Assembly (NCBI GenBank): GCA_018364455.1
Contig: JAGZLW010000001.1
Location: 23,956-87,955, forward strand
DNA length: 64,000 nucleotides
Origin: Streptococcus mitis
GTDB taxonomy: Bacteria > Bacillota > Bacilli > Lactobacillales > Streptococcaceae
Direction of reading: 5' to 3'
Positions 55,907-64,000 of this stretch are shown here, piece by piece. Below the pieces are notes generated by a model, which saw only the letters and a program-made list of their open reading frames with translations, made no database searches and had not been told where the DNA came from. Position 1 is the stretch's first letter. Every line of letters begins with the position of its first letter. Position numbers and translations under genes: made by a program.

Positions 55907-58147
55907 CTATCGAACACTTTCGATTTTCCAATTTTTCCAACCTTTAAAGCGTATAGCTCCTTGCTGGTCAGTTCGGTAAACTTTGCTATTGATAGTTTCC
56001 AGTCGTGTCAAGGTTTCCTGATGGGGGAGTTTCGTTCGATTGTTCTTTCCAACTGAGATGAGAGTCATCTCTGGTTTGAGATGTTCTAAAAAGGCTGAAT
56101 TTGATGATTTTTTAGAGCCATGTTGGCCAGCTTTCAAAACATCCACTTCTAGGTCAGGATATTGCCTCAGCAAGTCCCTCTCTCCTTTCTCCTCCAAATT
56201 TCCAGTGAAAAGAAAGTTTTTATCCAAGAGTTTCCCATACAAAACCAGGGAATTTTCATGATCTCCATCTCCAATTTTCCCTGGAGATAGGACTTCTAAC
56301 TGACTTCCAAAAATTGGCAAGTTCTCTCCAACTGTCACACTGCGCACCTTTGTTTTAGTAGCCTCTAGTTCTGCCACAAATTCCTTCTGTTTCAAACTGC
56401 CTTTTGACACTAAAATTTCGCCTACATGGAAAGCCTTGGCCACTTCCAACAAATCTCCAATATGCTCCTTGTCCGTGTTAGTCAAAATTAGCTGGTCAAT
56501 CTTGGCTACTCCGCGACTTTTAAGATAGGGTATCAAGCTTCGCTGAGCATTGCTGGTCGTCGCCTTTTCTTGCCATTTTTCGATTTTCTTATCAGATTCT
56601 GCCTTGCCACCTACGTCTAGGAGAATGGTTTTCCCAGTTACATCCCGTAGGAAAATACTTTCGCCTTGCCCCACATCCAGCATGGTGATTTCATTTTCCA
56701 GTGGATACTTGGTCAAGAAAAAGAGACCTGTAACCAATAAGCTCAATACTGCTAGCCTTTTAATGTTTTTCCTCAAATCATAAACTAAAGCCAAGGAAAT
56801 TAACAACAAGATTAAAAGCCATGCATTGGGTTGTCCAAAGACCAGAGGTCTACTTGCCACCTGCGATACCAAGCGAATCATCCCCTCCAACCATTCAAAA
56901 ATAAAATTAAGCTGAATGACTGGATAGAGAAAGGAAAGGGCAAATAAGATAGACAAGAGCGGTAAGAAGACTAAGTCAAATAGAAAGGAAAAGACAAAGG
57001 TCAAAAGGATAGACCAAGGCTGAAATTCTGCAAAATAGAAGGATAAAATGGGTAATATTCCCAAGGAAATGACCAGACTTTCTCTGGCAATAGCCTTGAT
57101 CCCCTCCCCTTCTTTGCTGGTCATGGTCAAGATAAAAGCATAAGCGCAGGACAAGACACCTCCTGCTGTCAAGAAAAAGTTGGGCATGACAATAAAGAGG
57201 ACAAGCACCGTCAAGGCAAAATTATCCAAGCCCTTAACACCATGTTGAGCCAGTAACTTTTGCAAAAGACTGCGAATGACCGAGGCTGAAAATCCAGTTA
57301 GGCCTGCATAGATAAGGGAAAATGGATAAGTCAGAAATTTCAACTTTTCTTGGGTCAAGCCCAATCGCAAGAGAAGTTTCTTAAATCCGTCCATGAAAAA
57401 ACCTACCTGCATGCCCGACAAGGCAAAAAGATGGATAATTCCTAGACTAGAATAAAGCTCATTCATCTCCTCAAAATCTGTGTCCAGATGCCCTAACAAG
57501 AGACCTGTCATGTAATTGCTCATAGGGTCTGGAAAATGCGTCTTAATCCAAACTACAGCCTTACGGCGTAAACTGGACAGGTTTTCACCTATATCCCAAC
57601 TGCCGACTTTTTGAAGCGACTGGATTCTTTTGATATTTAGAGTCTGGTAAATCCCCTGAGTCTTCAGATAGGCTTGATAGTCAAAGCCACCAAAATTTCT
57701 CTGCCCTTCTGGCTCTAAAAGTTTTCCTTCTAGTTTCAAATCATGAAGGGCTGTTAAAGCTTGAAAGGCTTCTTTCTCCTCCTCGGATTGGAGTTTATAA
57801 TAGACTTGAAAAATGCGTCCATCAGACTTGCCACGGAAGGATAGACTATCACCATTAACCTTAATAGTATCGGGCAAAATCCGTACCCTTTCAACAGAAT
57901 CCGCCAAATTTTGACTCGCTTGACTCTGTTGCCAATTTTGAAACAGAAACCAAAAGCCAAAGACTCCACAAATCACTAGAACTTTGCTAGCAGGTTTCCA
58001 AGGAAATTGGAAAAAAAGACAGACTAGCAGAAAAACGAAGCCCAACAAAGCAAGATAGGATGCTGAAAAAATGGCGTAGTAAAGCCAAAGTAACAGAAAA
58101 CTTAGGTAAATTAGGGGAATAGAGAAATTCTTAATCCACTGTAACAT
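55907..58147 (-). CDS. comEC: DNA internalisation competence protein ComEC/Rec2
   Basis: 746 aa. N-terminal TM region, the competence domain, and a C-terminal metallo-beta-lactamase domain ('LDVGQGESIF', 'TNTDKEHIGD', 'AGQHGSKKSS'). Confidence 0.9.
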   Translation of the reverse strand: MLQWIKNFSIPLIYLSFLLLWLYYAIFSASYLALLGFVFLLVCLFFQFPWKPASKVLVICGVFGFWFLFQNWQQSQASQNLADSVERVRILPDTIKVNGDSLSFRGKSDGRIFQVYYKLQSEEEKEAFQALTALHDLKLEGKLLEPEGQRNFGGFDYQAYLKTQGIYQTLNIKRIQSLQKVGSWDIGENLSSLRRKAVVWIKTHFPDPMSNYMTGLLLGHLDTDFEEMNELYSSLGIIHLFALSGMQVGFFMDGFKKLLLRLGLTQEKLKFLTYPFSLIYAGLTGFSASVIRSLLQKLLAQHGVKGLDNFALTVLVLFIVMPNFFLTAGGVLSCAYAFILTMTSKEGEGIKAIARESLVISLGILPILSFYFAEFQPWSILLTFVFSFLFDLVFLPLLSILFALSFLYPVIQLNFIFEWLEGMIRLVSQVASRPLVFGQPNAWLLILLLISLALVYDLRKNIKRLAVLSLLVTGLFFLTKYPLENEITMLDVGQGESIFLRDVTGKTILLDVGGKAESDKKIEKWQEKATTSNAQRSLIPYLKSRGVAKIDQLILTNTDKEHIGDLLEVAKAFHVGEILVSKGSLKQKEFVAELEATKTKVRSVTVGENLPIFGSQLEVLSPGKIGDGDHENSLVLYGKLLDKNFLFTGNLEEKGERDLLRQYPDLEVDVLKAGQHGSKKSSNSAFLEHLKPEMTLISVGKNNRTKLPHQETLTRLETINSKVYRTDQQGAIRFKGWKNWKIESVR

Positions 58148-58781
58148 AGTCTTTTAGCTTTTCTATCGTTTTAGCACCAATGCCAGAGACCTTCTTAAGT
58201 TCATCAACCGACTTGAATTTCCCATTTGCCTCACGATGGTCGATAATATCCTGAGCTCGTTTTCCTCCCAGTCCCTTGACCTGCTTGAGTTCTTCCAGAC
58301 TGGCCTTGTTGAGATTGACCTTCTTGTCCTTGCTTGTTGAAGAAGGCGCTCCAGAACCTGCCTGTTGACTAGCTGATTCTTCTCCCTTAGTAGGAACGTA
58401 AACCAGAGCCTCATCACTAACTTTCTGAGCTAGATTGAGCGACTTGCTGTCTGCTTGCTCTGTCAAACCACCAGCCTTCTGAACGGCATCATTGACCCGA
58501 CTACCTACAGGCAAATCATAAATCCCTGGCGATTTTACAGCACCTTTCACATCTACTGTGATTAGATCTTGTTCAACAGGTTCTTCCTTTTCTTCCTTCT
58601 TCACATCCTTTTCGGTCGATGAATCCTTGGAAACAGCTGCAACTTCTGCCTGCAAATTCGTTTCCTTGACAGGTGTTTCTGGAGCTGGTTTTAGTAGGAA
58701 AAATCCTCCTACAAGCAAGCCCAGACCAGTACAGATGACAATAATTTTATACTCTTTGATTTTCTCGATAATTACTTCCAT
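58131..58781 (-). CDS. comEA: competence protein ComEA (DNA receptor)
   Basis: 216 aa. N-terminal TM anchor, SLBB-like middle, C-terminal tandem HhH 'LNKASLEELKQVKGLGGKRAQDII...VSGIGAKTIEKL'. It overlaps comEC by 17 nt. Confidence 0.9.
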   Translation of the reverse strand: MEVIIEKIKEYKIIVICTGLGLLVGGFFLLKPAPETPVKETNLQAEVAAVSKDSSTEKDVKKEEKEEPVEQDLITVDVKGAVKSPGIYDLPVGSRVNDAVQKAGGLTEQADSKSLNLAQKVSDEALVYVPTKGEESASQQAGSGAPSSTSKDKKVNLNKASLEELKQVKGLGGKRAQDIIDHREANGKFKSVDELKKVSGIGAKTIEKLKDYVTVD

Positions 58782-58800
58782 ATTTTCTCCTCTCTTAAAT

Positions 58801-58808
58801 TATTCGTA
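58801..58808 (-). promoter_or_regulatory. consensus ComX (sigma-X) box TACGAATA for comEA-comEC
   Basis: Minus strand 'ttttttcttcctctTACGAATAatttaagagaggagaaaatATG'. The upstream T-tract is the tail of the preceding terminator. Confidence 0.65.
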
Positions 58809-58810
58809 AG

Positions 58811-58846
58811 AGGAAGAAAAAACAGTTGAAAATTTCTTCTCAACTG
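58811..58846 (-). terminator. rho-independent terminator of the GNAT gene, immediately 5' of the comEA ComX box
   Basis: 'cagttgaaaatttcttctcaactg' (7-bp stem) followed on the minus strand by 'ttttttcttcctct'. Confidence 0.6.
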
Positions 58847-58847
58847 C

Positions 58848-59417
58848 TTATTTATTTGCAAAATAGTCTTCCTTGGTCAAGACATAATGAACTCTTGTCA
58901 CGATTCGGTCTTCTTCATGCTGGTCCATACAAGCATAAGCTTCTTCGTGGGAAAAACGCATTCCTGATTTCTCCATGACCTTTCCTGACGCGGGATTAGC
59001 CTTATCGTATAAAGCAACTAACTTATTCATTCCTATATTCTCAAAAGCTAGCTCAATTACGGCACGATTGGCTTCTGTCGTCAATCCTTGATTCCAATAC
59101 TTTTTATTGATAATGTAGCCAATAGCCGCCTTCTTAAGAGCAGGATCAATCTTATGCAAATCAATGGTTCCGATAAATTTGCCATTGCTTTTTAGTTCTA
59201 TTCCCCACCGTCCCAAGGAATTGGACAAGTAGAACTGAGCAATGTTATTCTTGGTTTCTTCCAAGCTTTGATTGGTTGGAAAAGTGTAGCGCGTATTATC
59301 CTTGTCCGAGGCATAGGCAAACATTGCTTCCGCATCATCCAAGGTTACAGGTCTAAGCAATAAACGCTCTGTCTCGACTATGGGATACCGAGCTAGTTTT
59401 AAAAAGATTGATTCCAT
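58848..59417 (-). CDS. GNAT-family N-acetyltransferase (RimJ/RimL-like)
   Basis: 189 aa. 'ERLLLRPVTLDDAEAMFAYASD' and the acetyl-CoA motif 'NQGLTTEANRAVIELAFENIGMNKL'. Confidence 0.8.
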   Translation of the reverse strand: MESIFLKLARYPIVETERLLLRPVTLDDAEAMFAYASDKDNTRYTFPTNQSLEETKNNIAQFYLSNSLGRWGIELKSNGKFIGTIDLHKIDPALKKAAIGYIINKKYWNQGLTTEANRAVIELAFENIGMNKLVALYDKANPASGKVMEKSGMRFSHEEAYACMDQHEEDRIVTRVHYVLTKEDYFANK

Positions 59418-59524
59418 ATATTTCTTCCACTTAAAACGTTTCTAATCTAATATAAAGATATTGAATGAAATATTTAAAACGCAAATTTATACTTGGTATT
59501 GAGATAACTTTAAGTACAAAAGAA

Positions 59525-60529
59525 CTATCCTTCAGACAGAGGTTGAGACTCTAATTCTTCACTCTCTTCTTTTTTAACCGGTGCTGGTTCATAAGCTCGG
59601 ATAATCTGAGCGACAACAGGATGGCGAACCACATCCTTAGCTGAAAAATGAACAAAGTCAATCTGATGGATGTTCTTGAGTTTTTCTTGAGCGTCAATCA
59701 AACCGGACTTGACATTCCGCGGCAGGTCAATCTGACTGATATCCCCATTGACAATCATCTTAGAATTAAAACCTAAACGAGTCAAAAACATCTTCATCTG
59801 CATAATGGTCGTATTTTGCGCCTCATCGAGAATGACAAAGGCATCATCCAAGGTCCGTCCACGCATATAGGCAAGGGGAGCAATCTCGATAATTTCACGT
59901 TCCATGAGTCGAGTTGTTTGGTCTTTCCCCAGAATCTGATACAAGGCATCATAAACAGGTCTAAGGTAAGGATCTACCTTCTCCTTAAGATCACCCGGAA
60001 GAAAACCTAGACTCTCTCCAGCTTCCACTGCCGGGCGTGTTAGGATAATCCGCTTAACCTGCCCACGTTTAAGGGCTGTCACTGCCAAGGTCACTGCAAG
60101 AAAGGTCTTCCCTGTTCCTGCAGGTCCGATTCCAAAGGTCACATCATGCTGTTTGACACTATCCACATAAAGCTTTTGACCTAAGGTTTTGACACGAATA
60201 GGCTTCCCTGTATTGTCCTTGATAATTTCTTCTTCATAAAGGGCGACAAACTTGTCTATTTCATCGTTTTTGACCATACTAATTGCAGTCACTACATCTG
60301 GTGTACCAACGGTCATCCCACGGTTCACCAAGACCATCAAAGCTTGGATAACCTGACGAGCTTCCTCGCAAGCAGACTCTTCTCCCAAAACCTGGACAAT
60401 CTCCGTACGAGCATGAATCACCACATCAAGCTCTTCTTCCATCAAACGAAGATGGCGTTCATTGGAACCAAAAAGATGAAACAAGTCATCTGGATGACTC
60501 AGTTGAATGTCTATTGAATGTTCCTTCAA
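59525..60529 (-). CDS. phoH: PhoH-like ATPase (PhoH/YbeZ family)
   Basis: 334 aa. Walker A 'GIGPAGTGKTFLAV' and an N-terminal KH-like region. Confidence 0.85.
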   Translation of the reverse strand: MKEHSIDIQLSHPDDLFHLFGSNERHLRLMEEELDVVIHARTEIVQVLGEESACEEARQVIQALMVLVNRGMTVGTPDVVTAISMVKNDEIDKFVALYEEEIIKDNTGKPIRVKTLGQKLYVDSVKQHDVTFGIGPAGTGKTFLAVTLAVTALKRGQVKRIILTRPAVEAGESLGFLPGDLKEKVDPYLRPVYDALYQILGKDQTTRLMEREIIEIAPLAYMRGRTLDDAFVILDEAQNTTIMQMKMFLTRLGFNSKMIVNGDISQIDLPRNVKSGLIDAQEKLKNIHQIDFVHFSAKDVVRHPVVAQIIRAYEPAPVKKEESEELESQPLSEG

Positions 60530-60613
60530 ATAAAGAACCTCTCTAATCCTTTTATTTCTTTTTATTATAGCAAAGGGGTGGAGAAATTACTAGCCCAAAC
60601 CCAATGAATCATG

Positions 60614-60829
60614 CTAGTGTTCTAAGTATTCTTGCCAGATAGCGTCAAAGTCTCCTAGGTTAAAAGAGAAACTGGCATGTTCCTCTAAAAAGCGACTCAC
60701 CTCATCAAAATCATCGGTGTGTTTTGGGAAGGAAGACTCTTCAAAAGCTAGGTCTGCCAAGATAGCTTTGGGACTGTTACTTTTAGGATTGCGCTCGGTC
60801 ATGAGCCAAGTGTAAAATGATTTTCTCAT
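60614..60829 (-). CDS. UPF0346 / YozE-like small protein (DUF1250)
   Basis: 71 aa. '[11 protein letters not shown]' and 'DFDAIWQEY'. Confidence 0.55.
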   Translation of the reverse strand: MRKSFYTWLMTERNPKSNSPKAILADLAFEESSFPKHTDDFDEVSRFLEEHASFSFNLGDFDAIWQEYLEH

Positions 60830-60837
60830 AAGTCTCC

Positions 60838-61731
60838 CTAGATCAACTCTGTACCAAACTGGTCTTGCTTGATTTTACCAGCCTTCATCAAGCCACCAAG
60901 TGCCTTTTTAAACTGACCCTTAGAAATTCCAAAGATTGCCTTGATGTCGTCTGGAGATGACTTATCATTTAAGGTCATGAAACCGCCATTGCTTTCCAAG
61001 TAGGTCAAAATCATCTGAGCATCATTTTCCAACATTTCAAAAGAACGTGGTTTGAGGGAGAGGTTCAAGGTACGGTCCACTTCACGGAAACCAATGACAC
61101 GCGCATCTAGAACTTGTCCCAAACGTGGCTCTGCGTAACGCTCGCTAGGATGGATAAAGCCAAGCATGTTATTTTCTGGTAGGTAAACAAAAGTTCCTGA
61201 CAGCTTGAGGCGGTAAACAATGGCTGGCCAGTTTTGGTTCTGCATGTTGTTGTAGGCAGGACGAGCTAGACGTTGGAAGTCTTCTTGATAGGCCAAGAGG
61301 CCCCAGATACGGTCTTTCTTGTCCACTTCAAGACTGATGTAGAGTTGGTCGCCCTTCTTAGGCCAGAGTTCCTTGAGCTCAGGGAGAATATCGAGTGACA
61401 CAACGATTTCCTTGTCAGGAAGGCCTGTATCCACAAAGACACCCAAGTCTTTACGAACTTCCGTTACAGTTCCCCAACCAAATTGGTCCTGAGTGGCAGT
61501 CACTTCTATGGTTGTCAGGCGGAGTTTTTGCTTCATATCCGTGTAGGCAAAACCTTTGACCGTATCCCCTACTGTATGTTGACCTTCTTCCTTAGCAAGA
61601 GCATAGGTTTGACCATCCTTTTGCACAAAGTAAAAACGGTCGTTTTCATCGATGATGAGTCCAACGATAAAACTTGCAAGATTTGTATTCATATTTCCTT
61701 CTTTCGAATAAAACTCAGCCAGCAATGCCAA
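60838..61731 (-). CDS. cvfB: CvfB-family S1-domain RNA-binding protein
   Basis: Tandem S1-like domains and a C-terminal winged helix. The probable start is the internal '[11 protein letters not shown]' (61692). Confidence 0.7.
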   Translation of the reverse strand: MALLAEFYSKEGNMNTNLASFIVGLIIDENDRFYFVQKDGQTYALAKEEGQHTVGDTVKGFAYTDMKQKLRLTTIEVTATQDQFGWGTVTEVRKDLGVFVDTGLPDKEIVVSLDILPELKELWPKKGDQLYISLEVDKKDRIWGLLAYQEDFQRLARPAYNNMQNQNWPAIVYRLKLSGTFVYLPENNMLGFIHPSERYAEPRLGQVLDARVIGFREVDRTLNLSLKPRSFEMLENDAQMILTYLESNGGFMTLNDKSSPDDIKAIFGISKGQFKKALGGLMKAGKIKQDQFGTELI

Positions 61732-61751
61732 CTGAGTTTTTCTGTTTATTT

Positions 61752-62309
61752 TTAGACTTCCAAAAGTTCTTTCTCTTTGTTGGCAGTCATGTCGTCGATG
61801 TGCTTGACAGCATCGTCTGTTACTTTTTGAATATCTTTTTCAAGAGTCTTCAATTCGTCTTCAGTGATTTCTTTTGCTTTTTCTTGTTTCTTAGCTTCGT
61901 CCATAGCATCGCGACGGATATTGCGGACAGCCACTTTAGCATTTTCGCCGACCTTCTTCACTTCTTTAGCAAGGTCACGACGAGTTTCTTCTGTTAGAGC
62001 TGGGATAACCAAGCGAATCACAGAACCGTCGTTAGCTGGTGTGATACCAAGATCAGAAGCGTTCAAGGCACGTTCGATGTCTTTCAATGAAGACTTGTCA
62101 AATGGTGTGACCAACAAAACACGCGCTTCTGGAATGGTGATTGAAGCGATTTGGTTAAGAGGAGTTTCTACTCCATAGTATTCTACATGTACACGGTCAA
62201 GCAAGCTTGCATTGGCACGACCAGCACGGATACCACCAAATTCACGAGCAAGTGATTGGTGAGACTGGGTCATTCTCTCTTTAGCTTTTTCAATAATTGC
62301 GTTAGCCAT
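61752..62309 (-). CDS. frr: ribosome recycling factor
   Basis: 185 aa. '[13 protein letters not shown]...[14 protein letters not shown]' is typical of RRF. Confidence 0.95.
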   Translation of the reverse strand: MANAIIEKAKERMTQSHQSLAREFGGIRAGRANASLLDRVHVEYYGVETPLNQIASITIPEARVLLVTPFDKSSLKDIERALNASDLGITPANDGSVIRLVIPALTEETRRDLAKEVKKVGENAKVAVRNIRRDAMDEAKKQEKAKEITEDELKTLEKDIQKVTDDAVKHIDDMTANKEKELLEV

Positions 62310-62317
62310 AATCTTTC

Positions 62318-63061
62318 TTATTCCTTTTCTTCGATATTATTTGAAACTGTTGTTCCGATATTTTCACCAAATACGACACGTTTGATGTTGCCTGGTTGGT
62401 TCATGTTAAAGACAACCAAGTCAATGTCGTTGTCCATTGAGAGGGTTGAAGCTGTTGAGTCCATGATACGGAGACCTTTATTGATAACATCACGGTGGGT
62501 CAATTCTTCAAATTTAACAGCTGTCTTGTCCTTCTTAGGATCGGCATTGTAAACACCATCAACACCATTTTTAGCCATGAGGATGGCATCCGCTTCGATT
62601 TCAGCTGCACGAAGGGCTGCTGTTGTATCAGTTGAGAAGTAAGGTGAACCAATTCCTGCACCAAAGATAACGATACGGCCTTTTTCAAGGTGACGAAGGG
62701 CACGTCCACGTACGTAAGGCTCTGCCACTTGTTGCATGGCAATAGCTGTTTGTACACGCGTATCGACACCAACTTGTTGCAATGAATCTGCCATCACAAG
62801 AGCATTCATAACAGTCCCAAGCATTCCTGTGTAATCTGCCTGAACGCGGTCCATTCCTGCTTCAGCAGCAGGTTCTCCACGCCAGAGATTTCCTCCACCG
62901 ATAACAAGGGCAATTTCGATACCTAAGCTATGAACTTCTTGAATCTCTTTTGCGATTGTTTGAACTGTTTGGATATCAATCCCTACGCCACGTTCACCGG
63001 CAAGGGCTTCACCTGATAACTTGATTAAAATACGTTTATACTTGGGATTCGCCATTTTCAC
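62318..63061 (-). CDS. pyrH: uridylate (UMP) kinase
   Basis: '[13 protein letters not shown]' and 'GGGNLWRG' motifs. The true start is probably 'MANPKYKRI' (63055). Confidence 0.95.
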   Translation of the reverse strand: MKMANPKYKRILIKLSGEALAGERGVGIDIQTVQTIAKEIQEVHSLGIEIALVIGGGNLWRGEPAAEAGMDRVQADYTGMLGTVMNALVMADSLQQVGVDTRVQTAIAMQQVAEPYVRGRALRHLEKGRIVIFGAGIGSPYFSTDTTAALRAAEIEADAILMAKNGVDGVYNADPKKDKTAVKFEELTHRDVINKGLRIMDSTASTLSMDNDIDLVVFNMNQPGNIKRVVFGENIGTTVSNNIEEKE

Positions 63062-63138
63062 TCTCCTTTTTTTATCCTACCTATTTTATCACAATTTCTA
63101 AGATTTTTATAGTATCATGAGCAATTCTTTGAAAAAAA

Positions 63139-64000
63139 TTAGACCGTTAAAAATTCCTCTAAGTCATCAAGGGCACGCTCTGCAATTTTTTCATAACGAG
63201 CCTTCTTATCACGGATACGTTCTCCTTCCAACTCCTTGATAATTCCGAAATTGACATTCATCGGTTGGAAATGTTTGCTGTCGGCATGGGTGATGTAATG
63301 AGCCAGACTTCCAATCGCTGTTGTTTCTGGGAAAATAGCCTGGCTTTCTCCCTTGAAAAGACGAGCCGCGTTAATTCCCGCAACTAAGCCTGACGCCGCT
63401 GATTCAACATAACCCTCTACACCCGTCATCTGACCAGCAAAGAAGAGATTTGGTTGTTTCTTAGAACGGTAAGTCTGCTCAAGAAGATTTGGTGAATCCA
63501 TATAAGAATTGCGGTGCATGACACCATAACGAACAAACTCAGCATTTTCAAGACCTGGAATCATTTGGAAAACACGTTTTTGTTCTCCCCATTTAAGGTG
63601 AGTTTGAAATCCAACGATATTGTAAAGACTACCTGCCGCATTATCCTGACGAAGTTGAACCACCGCATAAGGTGTTTTGAATTCTCCATCACGAGGGCCT
63701 GTGTAGTCGTCTGGATACTCAAGACCGACTGGTTTCATAGGACCATAAAGCATGGTTTTAATGCCACGTTTTGCCATGACTTCAATCGGCATGCATCCTT
63801 CAAAATACTTTTCTTTTTCAAAAGAATTAAGCGGTGCTTCTTCAGCATTGACCAAAGCTTCATGGAAATCCATAAACTCTTGCTTGGTCATAGGGGCATT
63901 GAGGTAGGCCGCTTCTCCCTTGTCATAACGAGACTTGAGATAGACCTTGCTCATATCGATAGTATTGACATCGATAATAGGCGCTGCCGCATCGTAGAAA
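63139..64000 (-). CDS. trmFO: methylenetetrahydrofolate--tRNA-(uracil54-C5)-methyltransferase TrmFO (Gid), C-terminal part; the N-terminus lies beyond the window edge
   Basis: The frame stays open from 63954 to the window end ('...[29 protein letters not shown]...'). The visible sequence matches TrmFO-family C-terminal domains; the FAD-binding N-terminus would lie beyond the window edge. Confidence 0.8.
   Translation of the reverse strand, partial: FYDAAAPIIDVNTIDMSKVYLKSRYDKGEAAYLNAPMTKQEFMDFHEALVNAEEAPLNSFEKEKYFEGCMPIEVMAKRGIKTMLYGPMKPVGLEYPDDYTGPRDGEFKTPYAVVQLRQDNAAGSLYNIVGFQTHLKWGEQKRVFQMIPGLENAEFVRYGVMHRNSYMDSPNLLEQTYRSKKQPNLFFAGQMTGVEGYVESAASGLVAGINAARLFKGESQAIFPETTAIGSLAHYITHADSKHFQPMNVNFGIIKELEGERIRDKKARYEKIAERALDDLEEFLTV

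Overview
This window is a gene-dense chromosomal region from a Streptococcus mitis-group organism, close to S. pneumoniae. The assignment rests on four BOX repeat elements, a choline-binding LytB glucosaminidase, the comEA/comEC/coiA competence genes with ComX boxes, and PavA/RqcH. About 60 protein genes are present, nearly all on the minus strand, and most are core housekeeping functions. These include thiI-nifS, glmU, lysS, obg, rpoD-dnaG, ppc, ftsW, prsA, pepF, rnr-smpB, secG-rpmG, era-dgkA-ybeY, fpg-coaE, pyrK-pyrDB, infC-rpmI-rplT and frr-pyrH-trmFO. No rRNA, tRNA or CRISPR was seen. Three cis-regulatory RNAs are recognisable from sequence alone. A T-box leader precedes a TrpXYZ-type ABC transporter. 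A PyrR attenuator precedes pyrK-pyrDB. An L20-type leader precedes infC, which appears to use a non-AUG start. The most unusual locus lies between tehB and coiA. It holds a HicA-HicB toxin-antitoxin pair whose hicA 5' end is replaced by a BOX element. The module is flanked by ~48-bp direct repeats that each combine a terminator hairpin with a ComX box. A second candidate for further study is an unlisted 54-codon Tyr/Trp/Gly/His-rich ORF placed 20 nt upstream of an ABC ATPase/permease pair beside comEC. Several short genes missing from the ORF track are called from sequence: rpmG with a GTG start, a DUF4044-like membrane peptide, and a 52-aa ORF coupled to obg. Many antisense ORFs in the track are judged spurious.
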